Under the pieces are notes generated by a model. It was not told where the DNA came from, made no database searches, and saw only the letters and a program-made list of their open reading frames with translations. Both the position numbers and the translations under genes were made by a program. Shown here in pieces: positions 38,667 to 49,684 of a DNA stretch of 64,000 bases. Source of the stretch: an uncultured archaeon (GTDB lineage Archaea; Thermoproteota; Nitrososphaeria_A; Caldarchaeales; Wolframiiraptoraceae); NCBI GenBank assembly GCA_938083505.1, contig CALKCF010000002.1:96001-160000 (forward strand), written 5' to 3'. Positions within the stretch are counted from its first letter, which is position 1. Every line of letters starts with the position of its first letter.

Positions 38667-39956
38667 ATGTCAAGGGAAATAAGACTTTCGACTGTTAGGG
38701 GCATGGATGACCTTCTACCAGAAGAAATGATAGTTAAGAGGACGATTGAAGACGCTGTGAGAAGAATTTTCAATAAATATGGTTACCAAGAGATAGAGAC
38801 ACCAACCGTTGAACATTATGAAATCTTCGAGGTAAAGTCGGGTGAGGAGATAAGGGAAAGAATGTTTATCTTCGTAGACAGATCTGGTAGAAAGTTGGTT
38901 CTCAGGCCAGAGATGACGGTACCGGCGGCTAGACTCGTGGCCACGAAACTCAAGAGCGCGCCGCTGCCCATTAGGTTGGGATACATAGCAGACTGCTACC
39001 GTTATGATGAACCTCAATGGGGAAGAAAGAGGAGGTTTTATCATGGTGGTTTTGAATTGTTCGGTAGCTCCAGCCCTGCGGCTGACGCTGAGATAATCCA
39101 AGTAAGTAGGGATGTGTTTAATACTATTGGTCTAAAAGAGCACTTTTTTAAAGTCGGCCACGCTGGAACGCTCAGATCTTTAATGGAAGCTGCAGGTATA
39201 GCTGAGGTTGAACAAGATCTCATACTTTCTTTGCTTGATAGGAAAAGGGTTGACGAAGCTCTTTCACTTATGGAGGAATGTGAAGAGAAAAAGGTTATTG
39301 AGAAATTGGTAAACATTTCTGGTAATGTCGAAGAGGTTTTGAAAAAGGGTTATGATTTGATGTCCTCATGGGATAAAGCCATCAAAGCATTGGATAATTT
39401 ATCCGAAATAATAGATCTTGCACGTAGCGCGGGCGTTGACTCAAAGATCATCTTAGACCTCGGTTTTGCTAGGGGCTTGGCCTATTATACGGGCTTCATT
39501 TTTGAACAATACATACCGGGCATAGAAATAGCATTTAACGGTGGAGGGAGATATGACAAACTTACGGAGATGCTTGGTGGGAAATCTTTGCCTGCAGTAG
39601 GTTGTGCTGTAGGCATTACTAGAATACAACAGTATCTCATAGAAAAAGTTGGAGTGCAAAACTTCAATACTTCTAATACCACTGCTCTCCTTGTGAATGT
39701 TGGAGAGGGGAGCCTACACTATGCAGTAAAAGCGGCAGCAGTTATACGAGATATAGGCATGTCACTAGAGTTAGATGTTACAGGGAAAAGGATACCAGCT
39801 GCCATAGAGTATTGTGAAAAGAAGGGCATAAGATGGTTAGTCATAGTCGGCGAACGAGAAGCTCAGCAAAATACCGTTACCATTAAAGATTTACAGACAA
39901 GGACGCAGATAGAGGTCAAGCTTGATGACCGAAGCGCACTCTTAAATGCTTTTTAG
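38667..39956 (+). CDS. hisS: Histidyl-tRNA synthetase
   Basis: RGMDDL, LRPEMT, RYDEPQ.GR.R.F, RGLAYYTG..FE, GGGRYD, anticodon-binding domain. Confidence 0.96.
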   Translation: MSREIRLSTVRGMDDLLPEEMIVKRTIEDAVRRIFNKYGYQEIETPTVEHYEIFEVKSGEEIRERMFIFVDRSGRKLVLRPEMTVPAARLVATKLKSAPLPIRLGYIADCYRYDEPQWGRKRRFYHGGFELFGSSSPAADAEIIQVSRDVFNTIGLKEHFFKVGHAGTLRSLMEAAGIAEVEQDLILSLLDRKRVDEALSLMEECEEKKVIEKLVNISGNVEEVLKKGYDLMSSWDKAIKALDNLSEIIDLARSAGVDSKIILDLGFARGLAYYTGFIFEQYIPGIEIAFNGGGRYDKLTEMLGGKSLPAVGCAVGITRIQQYLIEKVGVQNFNTSNTTALLVNVGEGSLHYAVKAAAVIRDIGMSLELDVTGKRIPAAIEYCEKKGIRWLVIVGEREAQQNTVTIKDLQTRTQIEVKLDDRSALLNAF

Positions 39957-39977
39957 TAATCAGTAGGGGCATCTTGC

Positions 39978-40826
39978 TTGCCCTCGCTAGGATTGATCAT
40001 AGAAGCAACACTTGTCATGATCATCCTTCTGTTAATCTCAGTTAAGGCAGGCTTTGTTGACCCAGGTGGTTTGATTTCGTCTTTTGTAATTGGTTATGTG
40101 ATATATGTACTCGGCGATAGACTCTTCTTTGTTCCATTGCTGATATTCTACATTGTAGCTGGTTTAATGACAAAATTATGCTACGAAGAGAAAAAACTCA
40201 AAGGTGCTGCAGAAGAGAAGTTCGGCGCTAGGGGGTGGAAGAATGTGCTTGCAAACGGTAGCGTAGCTTTGATTATTGTTTGTATAGCCACCTACACCAA
40301 TAACATGCAAAGACCTGAATTCTTGGCAGCGTATCTAGGTGCTATCTCGACAGCCTATGCTGATACGCTTGCTACAGAGATAGGATTGCTATATCCGCGG
40401 GAACCAAGGTTGATAACAAACATGAAACCCGTACCCGCTGGAATGCCTGGAGGAGTTTCACCCTACGGAACTGCCGCGCAGCTCCTCAGCGCATTTACAA
40501 TAGTTCCGGCAATCATGCTATTTTTACCGACTAAAGGCGGATTGACGGTATTTTTTAACTTGTTAGCAATCGTGCTCATATCCAGCCTTTTGGGTTCTAC
40601 TTTTGACAGTTTTATAGGAGCGACTGTGCAAGCAGTATACAGATGCAAAATATGTGGTAAGACAACTGAGAGAAGAGTTCATTGCAACACTGAAGCACAA
40701 CTCTTAAAGGGGATTAGATACATTGATAATAACCTGGTAAACTTGATAACGACGATCATAGGTGCCGTGATTGCATATATGCTTGTATATTCTGGCTTAA
40801 TATCATTTGAAAACTATATAGATTGA
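39978..40826 (+). CDS. DUF92/TMEM19 family membrane protein
   Basis: R...NVLANG, ADTLATEIG, GGVS..GT, DS.IGATVQ, C..C..HC, IDNN.VN. Confidence 0.92.
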   Translation: MPSLGLIIEATLVMIILLLISVKAGFVDPGGLISSFVIGYVIYVLGDRLFFVPLLIFYIVAGLMTKLCYEEKKLKGAAEEKFGARGWKNVLANGSVALIIVCIATYTNNMQRPEFLAAYLGAISTAYADTLATEIGLLYPREPRLITNMKPVPAGMPGGVSPYGTAAQLLSAFTIVPAIMLFLPTKGGLTVFFNLLAIVLISSLLGSTFDSFIGATVQAVYRCKICGKTTERRVHCNTEAQLLKGIRYIDNNLVNLITTIIGAVIAYMLVYSGLISFENYID

Positions 40827-40838
40827 ATTAAAAAGGGT

Positions 40839-41237
40839 TTACTTTAACGGCACATACATGCTGGACCTTGTAGCACCGACACCAGCCCTTCCGTGTATGA
40901 CGCGTTTATTTGTTATCGCAAATTCGCCTAACCTATGACCAATCATCTCGGGGACTATCTCAACCGGTACGAATTCCTTTCCGTTATGCACATGTATTGT
41001 TAAGCCGATCATTTCGGGCAATATTATCATGTCCCTTGCATGTGTTTTTATCGATTTTTGAATTCCAAGCTTCCTATATTTTCTAATTTTAGCAAGAAGT
41101 TTCAGCTGTGCCTGAGTTAGCCCCCTTCTTCTTAAGCTTCTCCTCTGCCTGCTCGGAAGTAATTTAATGAACTGATCCATGCTCATAGACTTGAGCTGTT
41201 CCAGTGTATAACCCCTGTAGAGGAATTCCCTTACCAT
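40839..41237 (-). CDS. rps19: 30S ribosomal protein S19 (uS19)
   Basis: [41 protein letters not shown]. Confidence 0.98.
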   Translation of the reverse strand: MVREFLYRGYTLEQLKSMSMDQFIKLLPSRQRRSLRRRGLTQAQLKLLAKIRKYRKLGIQKSIKTHARDMIILPEMIGLTIHVHNGKEFVPVEIVPEMIGHRLGEFAITNKRVIHGRAGVGATRSSMYVPLK

Positions 41238-41280
41238 TTAAGATCAAAAAGAATGTACCATAGTAGCCTTTATTAAGGGT

Positions 41281-42006
41281 TTAGGTCTTCTTTTTCCTTC
41301 CGGTTCTCTTAGCGGCTATAAGACCGACTTTTCTTCCAGGCGGCGCATTCCTAGAAACCGTTTCAGGTCTGCCTATACGTTTATGACTACCACCACCGAA
41401 TGGATGGAAAGCCGGTGCCATCGCGACACCTCTAACCCTCGGGTATGGTCTTCTCTTAGCCTTCATCCAGTGGTACCTCTTGCCAGCTTTCAAGAATGGT
41501 TTGTCCGGTCTTCCACTTCCCGCTACTACGCCTATCACTGCGAAAGACTTAGAACTCAACTCCACGATTTTCTTTGATGGCAACCTAACTAATGTTTTGT
41601 CACCCATTTGTGCCATAACAGTCGCATAAGCACCTGAAGAGCGGGCTAGTTTGCCTCCATCTCCAGGCCTAAGCTCAATTGAAGATATTACAGTCCCTTC
41701 CGGTAATTTACTAAGCGGAAGGATGTTTCCAGGTTGGATAGGCGCCTCAGAACCTATGTAAACCTTTTGTCCTTCGCTCATACCTTCCACTGCCGCCATA
41801 ACGAAGCTTTCACCATTTTGGAGCTCCACCTCAGCTACGGGAGCTCCACGACCTGGGTCATGATGGAACCTTCTCACTATGCCCACAAGCGTCTTCCCTG
41901 TCTCTACAAGGTTTGTTGGAAAACCTACCTGAAACTTTCTCTTAAGTGAGGCTGCAAAGCTTGGCGAACCTCTGCCGAGCCTCTGAGCCCTTATGTTTCT
42001 TCCCAT
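41281..42006 (-). CDS. rpl2: 50S ribosomal protein L2 (uL2)
   Basis: MGR.IRAQR.GRG, HDPGRGAP, GDGGKLARSSG, VRGVAM...HPFGGG. Confidence 0.98.
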   Translation of the reverse strand: MGRNIRAQRLGRGSPSFAASLKRKFQVGFPTNLVETGKTLVGIVRRFHHDPGRGAPVAEVELQNGESFVMAAVEGMSEGQKVYIGSEAPIQPGNILPLSKLPEGTVISSIELRPGDGGKLARSSGAYATVMAQMGDKTLVRLPSKKIVELSSKSFAVIGVVAGSGRPDKPFLKAGKRYHWMKAKRRPYPRVRGVAMAPAFHPFGGGSHKRIGRPETVSRNAPPGRKVGLIAAKRTGRKKKT

Positions 42007-42077
42007 ACTAATACCACCTAGCTCCTAAGTGACTATCAAAGATCGTTTAAGAGCTACCTTAAGAGCTTTTGATAAGG

Positions 42078-42338
42078 TTAGAATATTCCGAGCTTAACCG
42101 CAAGCTCAGATGCACTATACTCCGGTTTCAGCTTTACGAATGCCTTCTTTTCACCGAGCGGTGTTATCAGCGTGTTAACCGTTTCTACCTTAACTTCATA
42201 AAGCTTCTCTACAGCATCCTTTATTTGCTTCTTTGTGGCTTTTATGTCGACTATGAAGGTTATTTTGTTCTCTTTTTCTACGAGTGAGACAGTATCCTGG
42301 GTTATGACAACCCTTTTTATCACCTTTTGTGGGTCCAT
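42078..42338 (-). CDS. rpl23: 50S ribosomal protein L23 (uL23)
   Basis: [40 protein letters not shown]. Confidence 0.96.
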   Translation of the reverse strand: MDPQKVIKRVVITQDTVSLVEKENKITFIVDIKATKKQIKDAVEKLYEVKVETVNTLITPLGEKKAFVKLKPEYSASELAVKLGIF

Positions 42339-42421
42339 GGTAAAAAGCATGATAAAGCCGCTCTATTTTTAGTTTTTTGAAAAAATAAAAAAAGAAGGGA
42401 ATATTTGTGGGCATCGGTAGG

Positions 42422-43010
42422 TTATCCTAGGTTCATTAACGGATCTATCGAAGGTGGGAGGATACGCTCGACAGTCAGCATCGCACCGACTGCGGGCTTT
42501 ATCTCTATGATGAACTTATTGTTCGTTCCAATCCTAACGTCCTCTAGACCGCCATAAAGTGCGTCTAGCTTGAATAGTTATTTGCCACGTTTCACCATAC
42601 TCTAGCAAAACGTCACGATCGCCCCTTACTTCACTGACTAACAAGTTGGTGCCATTGACTAACCGTGCAAGATGAATATGTGGGTCCCATATAACTTACT
42701 GTGAGTGTTTTGTCGCTCATCTCTATAGGTTCTTTTCCAGGACCGGTTTTATGTAATATTGTTAGTTATATATTAGATACGTACCGACTGTTGCCCGATT
42801 CTTAGGATCTTGCTATGACTCCGCCGCTCAACTCTATCGCAGATGTAACCTCGCTAAGACCTGCCCTTATGACTTCTGAACTCTTCTGGATCGTTGTAAA
42901 GCCGAGGTTCAGCACAGCAAATGCAAAGGCAGCGGCAACAACTACAAAGGCTATCAGTATAATGGCAGTCTCCGAGCCCGTTAAACCCCTGTTTCGCACA
43001 CGGTTTTTTT
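42422..43010 (-). pseudogene. flaB: Archaellin pseudogene
   Basis: Class III signal peptide RG|[18 protein letters not shown]; premature stop at 42802 and frameshifts; C-terminal FIIEIKPAVGA.LTVERILP remnant. Confidence 0.9.
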
Positions 43011-43066
43011 GTATTGAAATATTTTCACGTTCATCATTATTAATAATACAAAAATCAGACTTGAGG

Positions 43067-44010
43067 TGAACAGGTTAATGACACAAAAAACAAAAGCCCC
43101 GGATTCGGGGAAGTTTTAGAGTGGCGTGCTTTACTTTATATAAGCAGAATACTAGCAAAGCTGTTCGGTAACCTGACATGTAACACAATATTCTTCAAAC
43201 TTGGGGTTGCTGAAGGGTGCAGAATCACCGATTTACTCTTACAAAAACTCAACTTGCCTACCACTGAAGACGGATTAGACCTCCACATGGTTTTCAAAGA
43301 GTTATCAAAATTTCTAATTGAGAACAATTATGTTGAAAGATTTTGATTTTTTGAGTCCGAGGTCCTAGGCGGTAACTTTAAGGAATACCATGTACGTGTT
43401 AGTAACAACACCGTCTTATCTACACTTGAAAAAGAATCAAGACACTAGAGGAGGAAGTCCAAAAAACGAAGGAACCTCTAGAAAATACTTTGATGGATGT
43501 TAGAGGTTTGATAAATGAGTTAGAAAATCCGTTTGAGTACGTCACAAAACTCATTAGCACGTTTCCCATAAAGGAGTTAAAGTCTGCTAATGAGATTAAT
43601 AAAACTGTCTCAAGTTGAACGCACCATAGAAGGGACAACACAGTCATACATGCCAGCTGGACGTTGTTCTTTAGGTTAGGTTTAACAAAATTTCTTAACG
43701 TTTTAGCACTTACAAGTCTAATGGTGAAACTCATAGGATATGATCGACTGTTAAGCATGCTCAGCTCTACGTTGTGGAGGTCATTAATACCATCTGATAC
43801 GATAGTTCAAATAATAGAATTTCTGGAGATTATCAAGAAGTTCGAGAATAAAGTACAAAACCCGAATTCTTAAAAACACTAACAATTGAGGATTGTTTGA
43901 TATCCATATATCTTCTAAACAAGTTAGTGGGAGGGGGCACTGATCTACTTTTCATTCTTTTGCTACTTATCATTAACAGACTTCAATCCGATAACACATT
44001 GAATAGAAAG
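43067..44010 (+). pseudogene. Degraded archaellum accessory genes (includes FlaC-like coiled-coil fragment)
   Basis: Fragment LEKRIKTLEEEVQKTKEPLENTLMDVRGLINELENPF (about 43435-43535); multiple stops; lies between flaB and flaG. Confidence 0.5.
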
Positions 44011-44015
44011 TGGTG

Positions 44016-44517
44016 ATGCGGCGTAGTTTCGACATCGTTCATCAGCGAGGCGATAATAATGATTGCCGCGATCGTAGCCACTTCTGTGTTTGCAACCACA
44101 TTCATATCTGGCATATATACGGTATCCGATGCAAATAAATTTGCGATTAGCCGTGTGGAGCATGAACTTAAGACCGAAGTTAAAATTATCTTTGCCACCC
44201 CAGTTAGCGACAAGGTAATTAAAGTTTAGTTAAAGAATGTCGACCAATCTGCCATATCTTCAGAACTAATAGGATTATCAGACATATTCTTCGGCCCCAA
44301 AGTATCTTTTCAGCACATACCTTACGGAGGTGCGAATCTGCCAAGATGATATTATGAAATCATAAATGACGCTGATGACGATGGTAAATGGGACCCTACT
44401 GAAACAATTGAGGTAACGATAGGGTGGCCATCCAATCTGCAAAGCGAAGATTACTTCCTTAGGTTCGCTACCTACACAGGTCAGTACGCGGACTTCATGT
44501 TCTCTATAGTGAGGTGA
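44016..44517 (+). pseudogene. flaG: Archaellum protein FlaG (ArlG) pseudogene
   Basis: SEAIIMIAAIVA TM, V*LKNV, DIFFGP, WDPTET; in-frame stops at 44227 and 44347. Confidence 0.8.
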
Positions 44518-44522
44518 TCATA

Positions 44523-45083
44523 TTGGGCAGTTTTGGTATGTTAATTACGGCATGCATTTTGATGATAATCATTTTGCTGATTTTTGGTCAGTGGACATAT
44601 ATGATACAAACTAGAGATTAAAATATACAACGAGGGGTTGGAAGTCTTAGACACAGAATATCATTAGAAAGGACGGACATAAGAATATTTGATATAACAC
44701 CTCAAAGCAATACGACAATTTATGTTAAAGTTAAGAATATAGGTTCATATTCTATACCTGTTACTCAATTTGACAGAATGGAAATTTTTGTCATTGGTAC
44801 ATTAGTGAACCACGCATCCCTGACTATCATAAGAGTGCCGTTTGATCGGCTGTCAATTGGAGAAGAAGAATGGCGGGTGATGGTAGTCTCAACTAATGGT
44901 GTTATGGGTGAGGTGCTGAATCCAATAGAGCCAACCCATGCTTCAAGCGGCAGATGGGACCCATTAGAAGAGTTGGTTATCATAATCACTCTAAGTGATA
45001 AACATACGCTCAATTTGACGTAGCCAGTTAGCATAATACTTGTAGCACCAAACGGCGCATCTATAGCAGAGGTAGGAGTTTAA
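44523..45083 (+). pseudogene. flaF: Archaellum protein FlaF (ArlF) pseudogene
   Basis: N-terminal TM, ERTDIRI, VKNIGS, WDPLE, LVAPNG; stops and frameshifts. Confidence 0.7.
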
Positions 45084-45085
45084 AG

Positions 45086-45815
45086 TTGAGTAAGAAGTTT
45101 GTAAAAAGTGCATCCAAAAAAGAATTCACATCGTCCAACATAGAGCTGGATAGAAGAATGGGACTAATAAAGGTACCATCCATTATCCTCATAAGAAGGG
45201 CCTAATGATTCCGGCAAGAGCGTATTATCCCAGCAGTATGTTTACGGAGCTTTACAAAGCGGATTTAGAGTTTACCACGTCGCAACAGAAAGTGGTTATA
45301 GACAATTGATTAAAAATATGGAAAATCTCTTGTTTGACGTTAAGTATTATTTCCTTAACGGTGACTTGAAAGTAGCTGAGCTTCATGTAAAAGAGCTAGA
45401 ATGGAAAAGAGATTTGGCGAAAAATTTTTGGATTTTGATTATAAACCTTATTAAAAATAATCTAACGTTCGACGTCTTTGTTATAGATTCACTTACCTAC
45501 ATAGCCACATATGCATCAGAAGAGGACATACTAAGCTTTTTCACAGACGTGAGGAATCTGATTGAGGAAGAAAACAGGACTCTTATAATAACAGTCCATA
45601 CGCATGCATTCACCCAAGAAATGATGTTAAGGATCCGCTCTATTTGTGATGTACATTTTTTGCTTTCAATAAAAGAAATAGGTGACAGAATGGTTAGAAT
45701 ATTGCAAACACCAAAAATTAAGGGTGCAATAAAATTTACATCAGTTATCCTGAGCTTTGATGTGGATACAGCCTTCGGTATTAAGGTGTTACCGTTCTCC
45801 CAAGCGAGGGCATGA
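45086..45815 (+). pseudogene. flaH: Archaellum ATPase FlaH (ArlH) pseudogene
   Basis: NIELDRRMG, frameshift near 45195 just before GPNDSGKS Walker A, VIDSLT, RIRSICD, F.V...FGIKVLP. Confidence 0.88.
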
Positions 45816-45821
45816 ATATTG

Positions 45822-46325
45822 ATGGTCCATGAGCAGAAAGAAAAACAACTGAACAAAAGTCTCGCAGAAGCCGTTAAAGTAAACCCTCATCTAGCGAAAT
45901 ACTTAGCAAGTCTGCGTAACAAAGGGCTCGATCAGCCGGCGTATTACGTGTAACTTTCAAGAGATATGAGATACTTAGAGAACGTAAACATTACTTATCC
46001 AGTTGGAGACTCGATATTCATTCATGTTTACGAGCGAGCTAAAGGTGATAGATTATATTACCAAGTAATCGAGCCGACTGTGCCGAAAGAACTTAGTGGA
46101 TTGTTGAAAGAGATCGATAAAGCCCTAGCGGCATTAATAGGCAATGAGGAAGTTTGGGACAGTGAGTCTGAAAAAGAAAGGATCCTGTTATCAAAGATTA
46201 AATCCCTAGTGGTTATAGATTAAAGTCTTCCAACATGGAACTACAAGGTCTTGAAAAAATCTGGCATTCCAGTCAAGATAAGGATGAGTGAGGAAACCTT
46301 ATCAGCCCTAAAATACCAGCTGATT
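45822..46325 (+). pseudogene. flaI: Archaellum ATPase FlaI (ArlI), N-terminal remnant only
   Basis: NPHLAKYL, NITYPVGDSIFIHV, Y.VIEP; stops at 45951 and 46221; ATPase domain missing. Confidence 0.85.
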
Positions 46326-47500
46326 CTTCACGCGGAGTTTGATAGGTATATGGATAGGCTCAAAAGGTTTTCCGAGACCTATTCTGCACTTTTGACTTCC
46401 TTTGCATTTTTATCTGTTTCAATGTTATTAACCTCAATGATATACGGCGGTGTAAGACCTGAACAAATTCTAATAACTTCTGCTGTCATGATGTTAGTAA
46501 CACTAGCCTGCATCATTTTCTTACTATACAGAAATTCGATAAAATTTCCAGCTCTACACTCTTTAAAAGAGAGACCGAACAATATGGCAAGAATCGAGAA
46601 ATTAATACTACCTACACTTATCGGGAGTATTTTAATAACAACCATAATCGGCGTAGTTCCGGTTTATTTCGCTTTACCTGATCCCATATCTTTACTATAT
46701 TCCTGTTCCTCTTCCTTTCTTTGTTGGATCTATTGCTCCCATTTTCGTTGGACTATTAGGTAAAAGAGCAGTGTCTCGAGTAAAAGAAATGGATGTGACT
46801 TTCTTATCCTTCATTAAAGCTCTTGCAGATTCATTATCAGTAACTAGTTCCCTAAAGCTAGCACTAAAGCCAGTATTACTGAACGATTATGGCAAGCTTA
46901 CAGAACTCATAAAGAAAATGATGAATAGGCTTAAGGCCGGATTTGATGCTGGCGTATGTTTATACCTTTTTGGTGTTGAAAGTGGCAGCAAGATCATCGC
47001 TTCATGCTCTTCTGTATTAGGCGAGTGTATAAAGTCCGGCGCTAAGGCGAGCGTCTATGGTAAGGTATTGGGCGATTATATAAACTCTGTCCTAATAAGA
47101 AGAAACAAGCGCGCCCAAGTCGCTGGTAACCTAAAGTGGATCATTATACCCCTACAGGCAACATTGAGCAGCGTTCTAGCACTCATTAAAGCCCTAACTT
47201 GAATCTTTAGGAAACTTATGCAAATGGTCTCTCACCATACGTTTCTATAATACAGGTTCCACTTGAACTTACGGTAAACATATACTTCTTCTCAGTAATA
47301 CTTGCCGTTACTATCAGTAGTAGCCTCACAATATACTTCGTTGAGGGAGAGTCGCGCTTTACGCTACTTACGTACATTGGTCTGCTTATGATAATCTCAG
47401 CAGCATCGTTCTTGATGGTATAGTTCTCCGTCGGGTCACTTTTCCGTACGATGTTTAATATAGAAGAGTTGAGCAATCTTGTAAGATGGGTTAGATGCAG
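46326..47500 (+). pseudogene. flaJ: Archaellum membrane protein FlaJ (ArlJ), N-terminally deleted pseudogene
   Basis: ETYSALLTS, FIKAL..SL, DYGKL, F..ESGS, R.KR.Q; several stops and frameshifts. Confidence 0.8.
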
Positions 47501-48132
47501 GATTTATCTGATATCGAGTTGATGTTTGCACTTTTTGTTTTTTAGTAATATTTTACATTACATTATGTGTAGTCTTATTATATGTAAAGATCAGGACACC
47601 TAAGGCATTGTCCAACACCCCAAGACACGTTCTGGCAGGATATACATCCAGCCAAGCCGAGCATGTCAGATATGACGAATCTCATTACCATAATACTCTT
47701 AAAAATGAGGGCAGGGCCATAGTGCAGACAATACAAACATCGTATCAGCAAAAGCTGTTTTAAACTCTGAGCCTTCTTTACAGTCACAGCAACCTCAATT
47801 AACTAAGAGCGAAAGTGTCATTAACCTTAACGAAGGTTCAGATGAAGTTGAAAAGTTCATGGAATTAATAGAAAGTTCGGTGAAGAATTTACAAATAAGT
47901 AAAGGAGTCAGAGGTGCGTCAGACGAAGGTGTAGACGTCACAAGCCAAGATCAGGTTAAAATCTTATTAGATAATTATGGTAGATCAGATCACCAAGGCA
48001 TCTCCGAAGACTTTGTTAAGAACCTAAAATATCTAAAAGATGCGATCGATGAACTTAAGAGACGCACAACCAATGACACTATTTCTTAAACATAATAATT
48101 TAAATAGAAGAGCATTAAATTAATTTATTGAA

Positions 48133-49506
48133 ATGGTAACACTAACCACATCAGGCTCTGTTTTGAGTTACACCCCAAGTTTTGAACTTTTAAATAGGTG
48201 GGTAATCGAAAAGCAAATTTGTTGTTATTGTGGCACATGTGCAGGTGTATGCCCCAGGATAGTATTGAATGGAAAAGTTCCAAGACTCATAGATTACTGT
48301 TCCGAGTGTGGAAATTGTTATAAATACTGTCCCCAGACCTACACACCTGTTAATGAATTTGAGAGAAAAATATTCCCTGGCACAAATAAGGAAGAATATT
48401 TAGGATACTACGAAAAATGCATATTTGCACAAAGTACCGATAAAAGCATACTTTCCGTAGCGCAAAACGGAGGTTTAGTGAGTGCATTATTAATTCATGC
48501 ATTGGAGACCGGGCTAATAGATGGCGCCATTCTGACAATAACTGACAAAAATTGGATGCCTAAGCCCATGCTTGCTAGAACCCCTGAAGAAATAAAGAGG
48601 GCGGCTGGCTCAAAATATGTTATGTCCCCAAATATGTTGATTTATCGCGAAGTAATTAATGATCCGACGATTAAAAAGGTCGCTGTCGTAGGACTTCCAT
48701 GCCAAATTAGGGCTGCAAGGAAGTTACAAATGGAGCCTATAATCCCTGTTGAGAATGGAAAGATCGAGTTTATAATCGGATTATTCTGCCACAGGAATTT
48801 TTCCTATGAGGGTCTATTGGAGACGGTTAAAAAGATTCTAAACATCGATCTCTACGAGGTAAAGAAGTTCGATATACGGAAGGGAAAGTTCACGATCCTC
48901 ACCCAGGAGGGTAAACAAGTAGAGTTACCTGTAAAAGAGCTCAGCAAACATTCTTGGTCGTCGTGCGCTTCCTGTACTGACTTCACGGGAAGGTTGGCGG
49001 ATATATCTGTCGGCAATGTTGGCATCATAGACGTCGATTGGAGCTTGGCTATAGTCAGGTCTAAGAAAGCCATGGAGCTCCTAGATAGTGCAGTGAAAGC
49101 TGGAAAGCTGAGAATAGCCGAGGGTAAAGATGCTATAGAAGTAATATTAAAAGAGGCACAAAAGAAGGCAGAGAGGCGGGAAAAGGTTAGTGAGCTACTG
49201 TACCAATACTTCTCTGAGCTTGGCATACCTTCAGACGAGGTGCGTGCATACTTTACTCTGCTGACACTAGGAGGTGCCAGTTCTGAAGAGCTCTCAAAAG
49301 CACTCAACATTGGTGGGGCAGAATTAGATGCAATTCTTGCGAGGCTCTGTGAAAAAGGATGGACAGTTAAGCATGAAGACCGTTATATACCTACTAGACC
49401 GTCTCTCGTTCTACGAATTGAAGTGACAAAGTTCCACAATTTAATCAAGAAGGTTTTAGAGAAAGAGTCTGAGTTGGAGGGCATATACGCAAGGAAGTTT
49501 GGCTAG
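48133..49506 (+). CDS. F420-interacting FrhB/FpoF-like flavoprotein with N-terminal 2x[4Fe-4S] and C-terminal TrmB-type winged helix
   Basis: CCYCGTCAGVCP and CSECGNCYKYCP, AQNGGLV, AAGSKY, VGLPCQ, IGLFC, C..CTDF..ADISVG; tail LGIPSDEVRAYFTLL.LG.AS..ELS. Confidence 0.85.
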   Translation: MVTLTTSGSVLSYTPSFELLNRWVIEKQICCYCGTCAGVCPRIVLNGKVPRLIDYCSECGNCYKYCPQTYTPVNEFERKIFPGTNKEEYLGYYEKCIFAQSTDKSILSVAQNGGLVSALLIHALETGLIDGAILTITDKNWMPKPMLARTPEEIKRAAGSKYVMSPNMLIYREVINDPTIKKVAVVGLPCQIRAARKLQMEPIIPVENGKIEFIIGLFCHRNFSYEGLLETVKKILNIDLYEVKKFDIRKGKFTILTQEGKQVELPVKELSKHSWSSCASCTDFTGRLADISVGNVGIIDVDWSLAIVRSKKAMELLDSAVKAGKLRIAEGKDAIEVILKEAQKKAERREKVSELLYQYFSELGIPSDEVRAYFTLLTLGGASSEELSKALNIGGAELDAILARLCEKGWTVKHEDRYIPTRPSLVLRIEVTKFHNLIKKVLEKESELEGIYARKFG

Positions 49507-49684
49507 TCGCATCTACGCTATTTTTCATTGTTGAACGTCGCTTGCTCACATTATCAACTATTCCGTAATTGGTAGAGAATATAGAATATACTACGACATA
49601 ATAAGGTTCACGCGCAGACTCTTCCATCAGCATCCTTAATGATATTAATAACTACCTCAACCCGGCCCCGGGTTCAAAAAATCT

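Noticed and set aside
44016-47500. Stop-codon recoding (TGA/TAG read-through) in fla genes
   Set aside because: All three stop types, frameshifts and a large deletion co-occur, and intact genes terminate normally at TGA and TAG
47500-48089. Possible chemoreceptor remnant after flaJ (ORF 47859-48089)
   Set aside because: Helical-looking but lacks the MCP signalling hairpin motif; cannot be assigned
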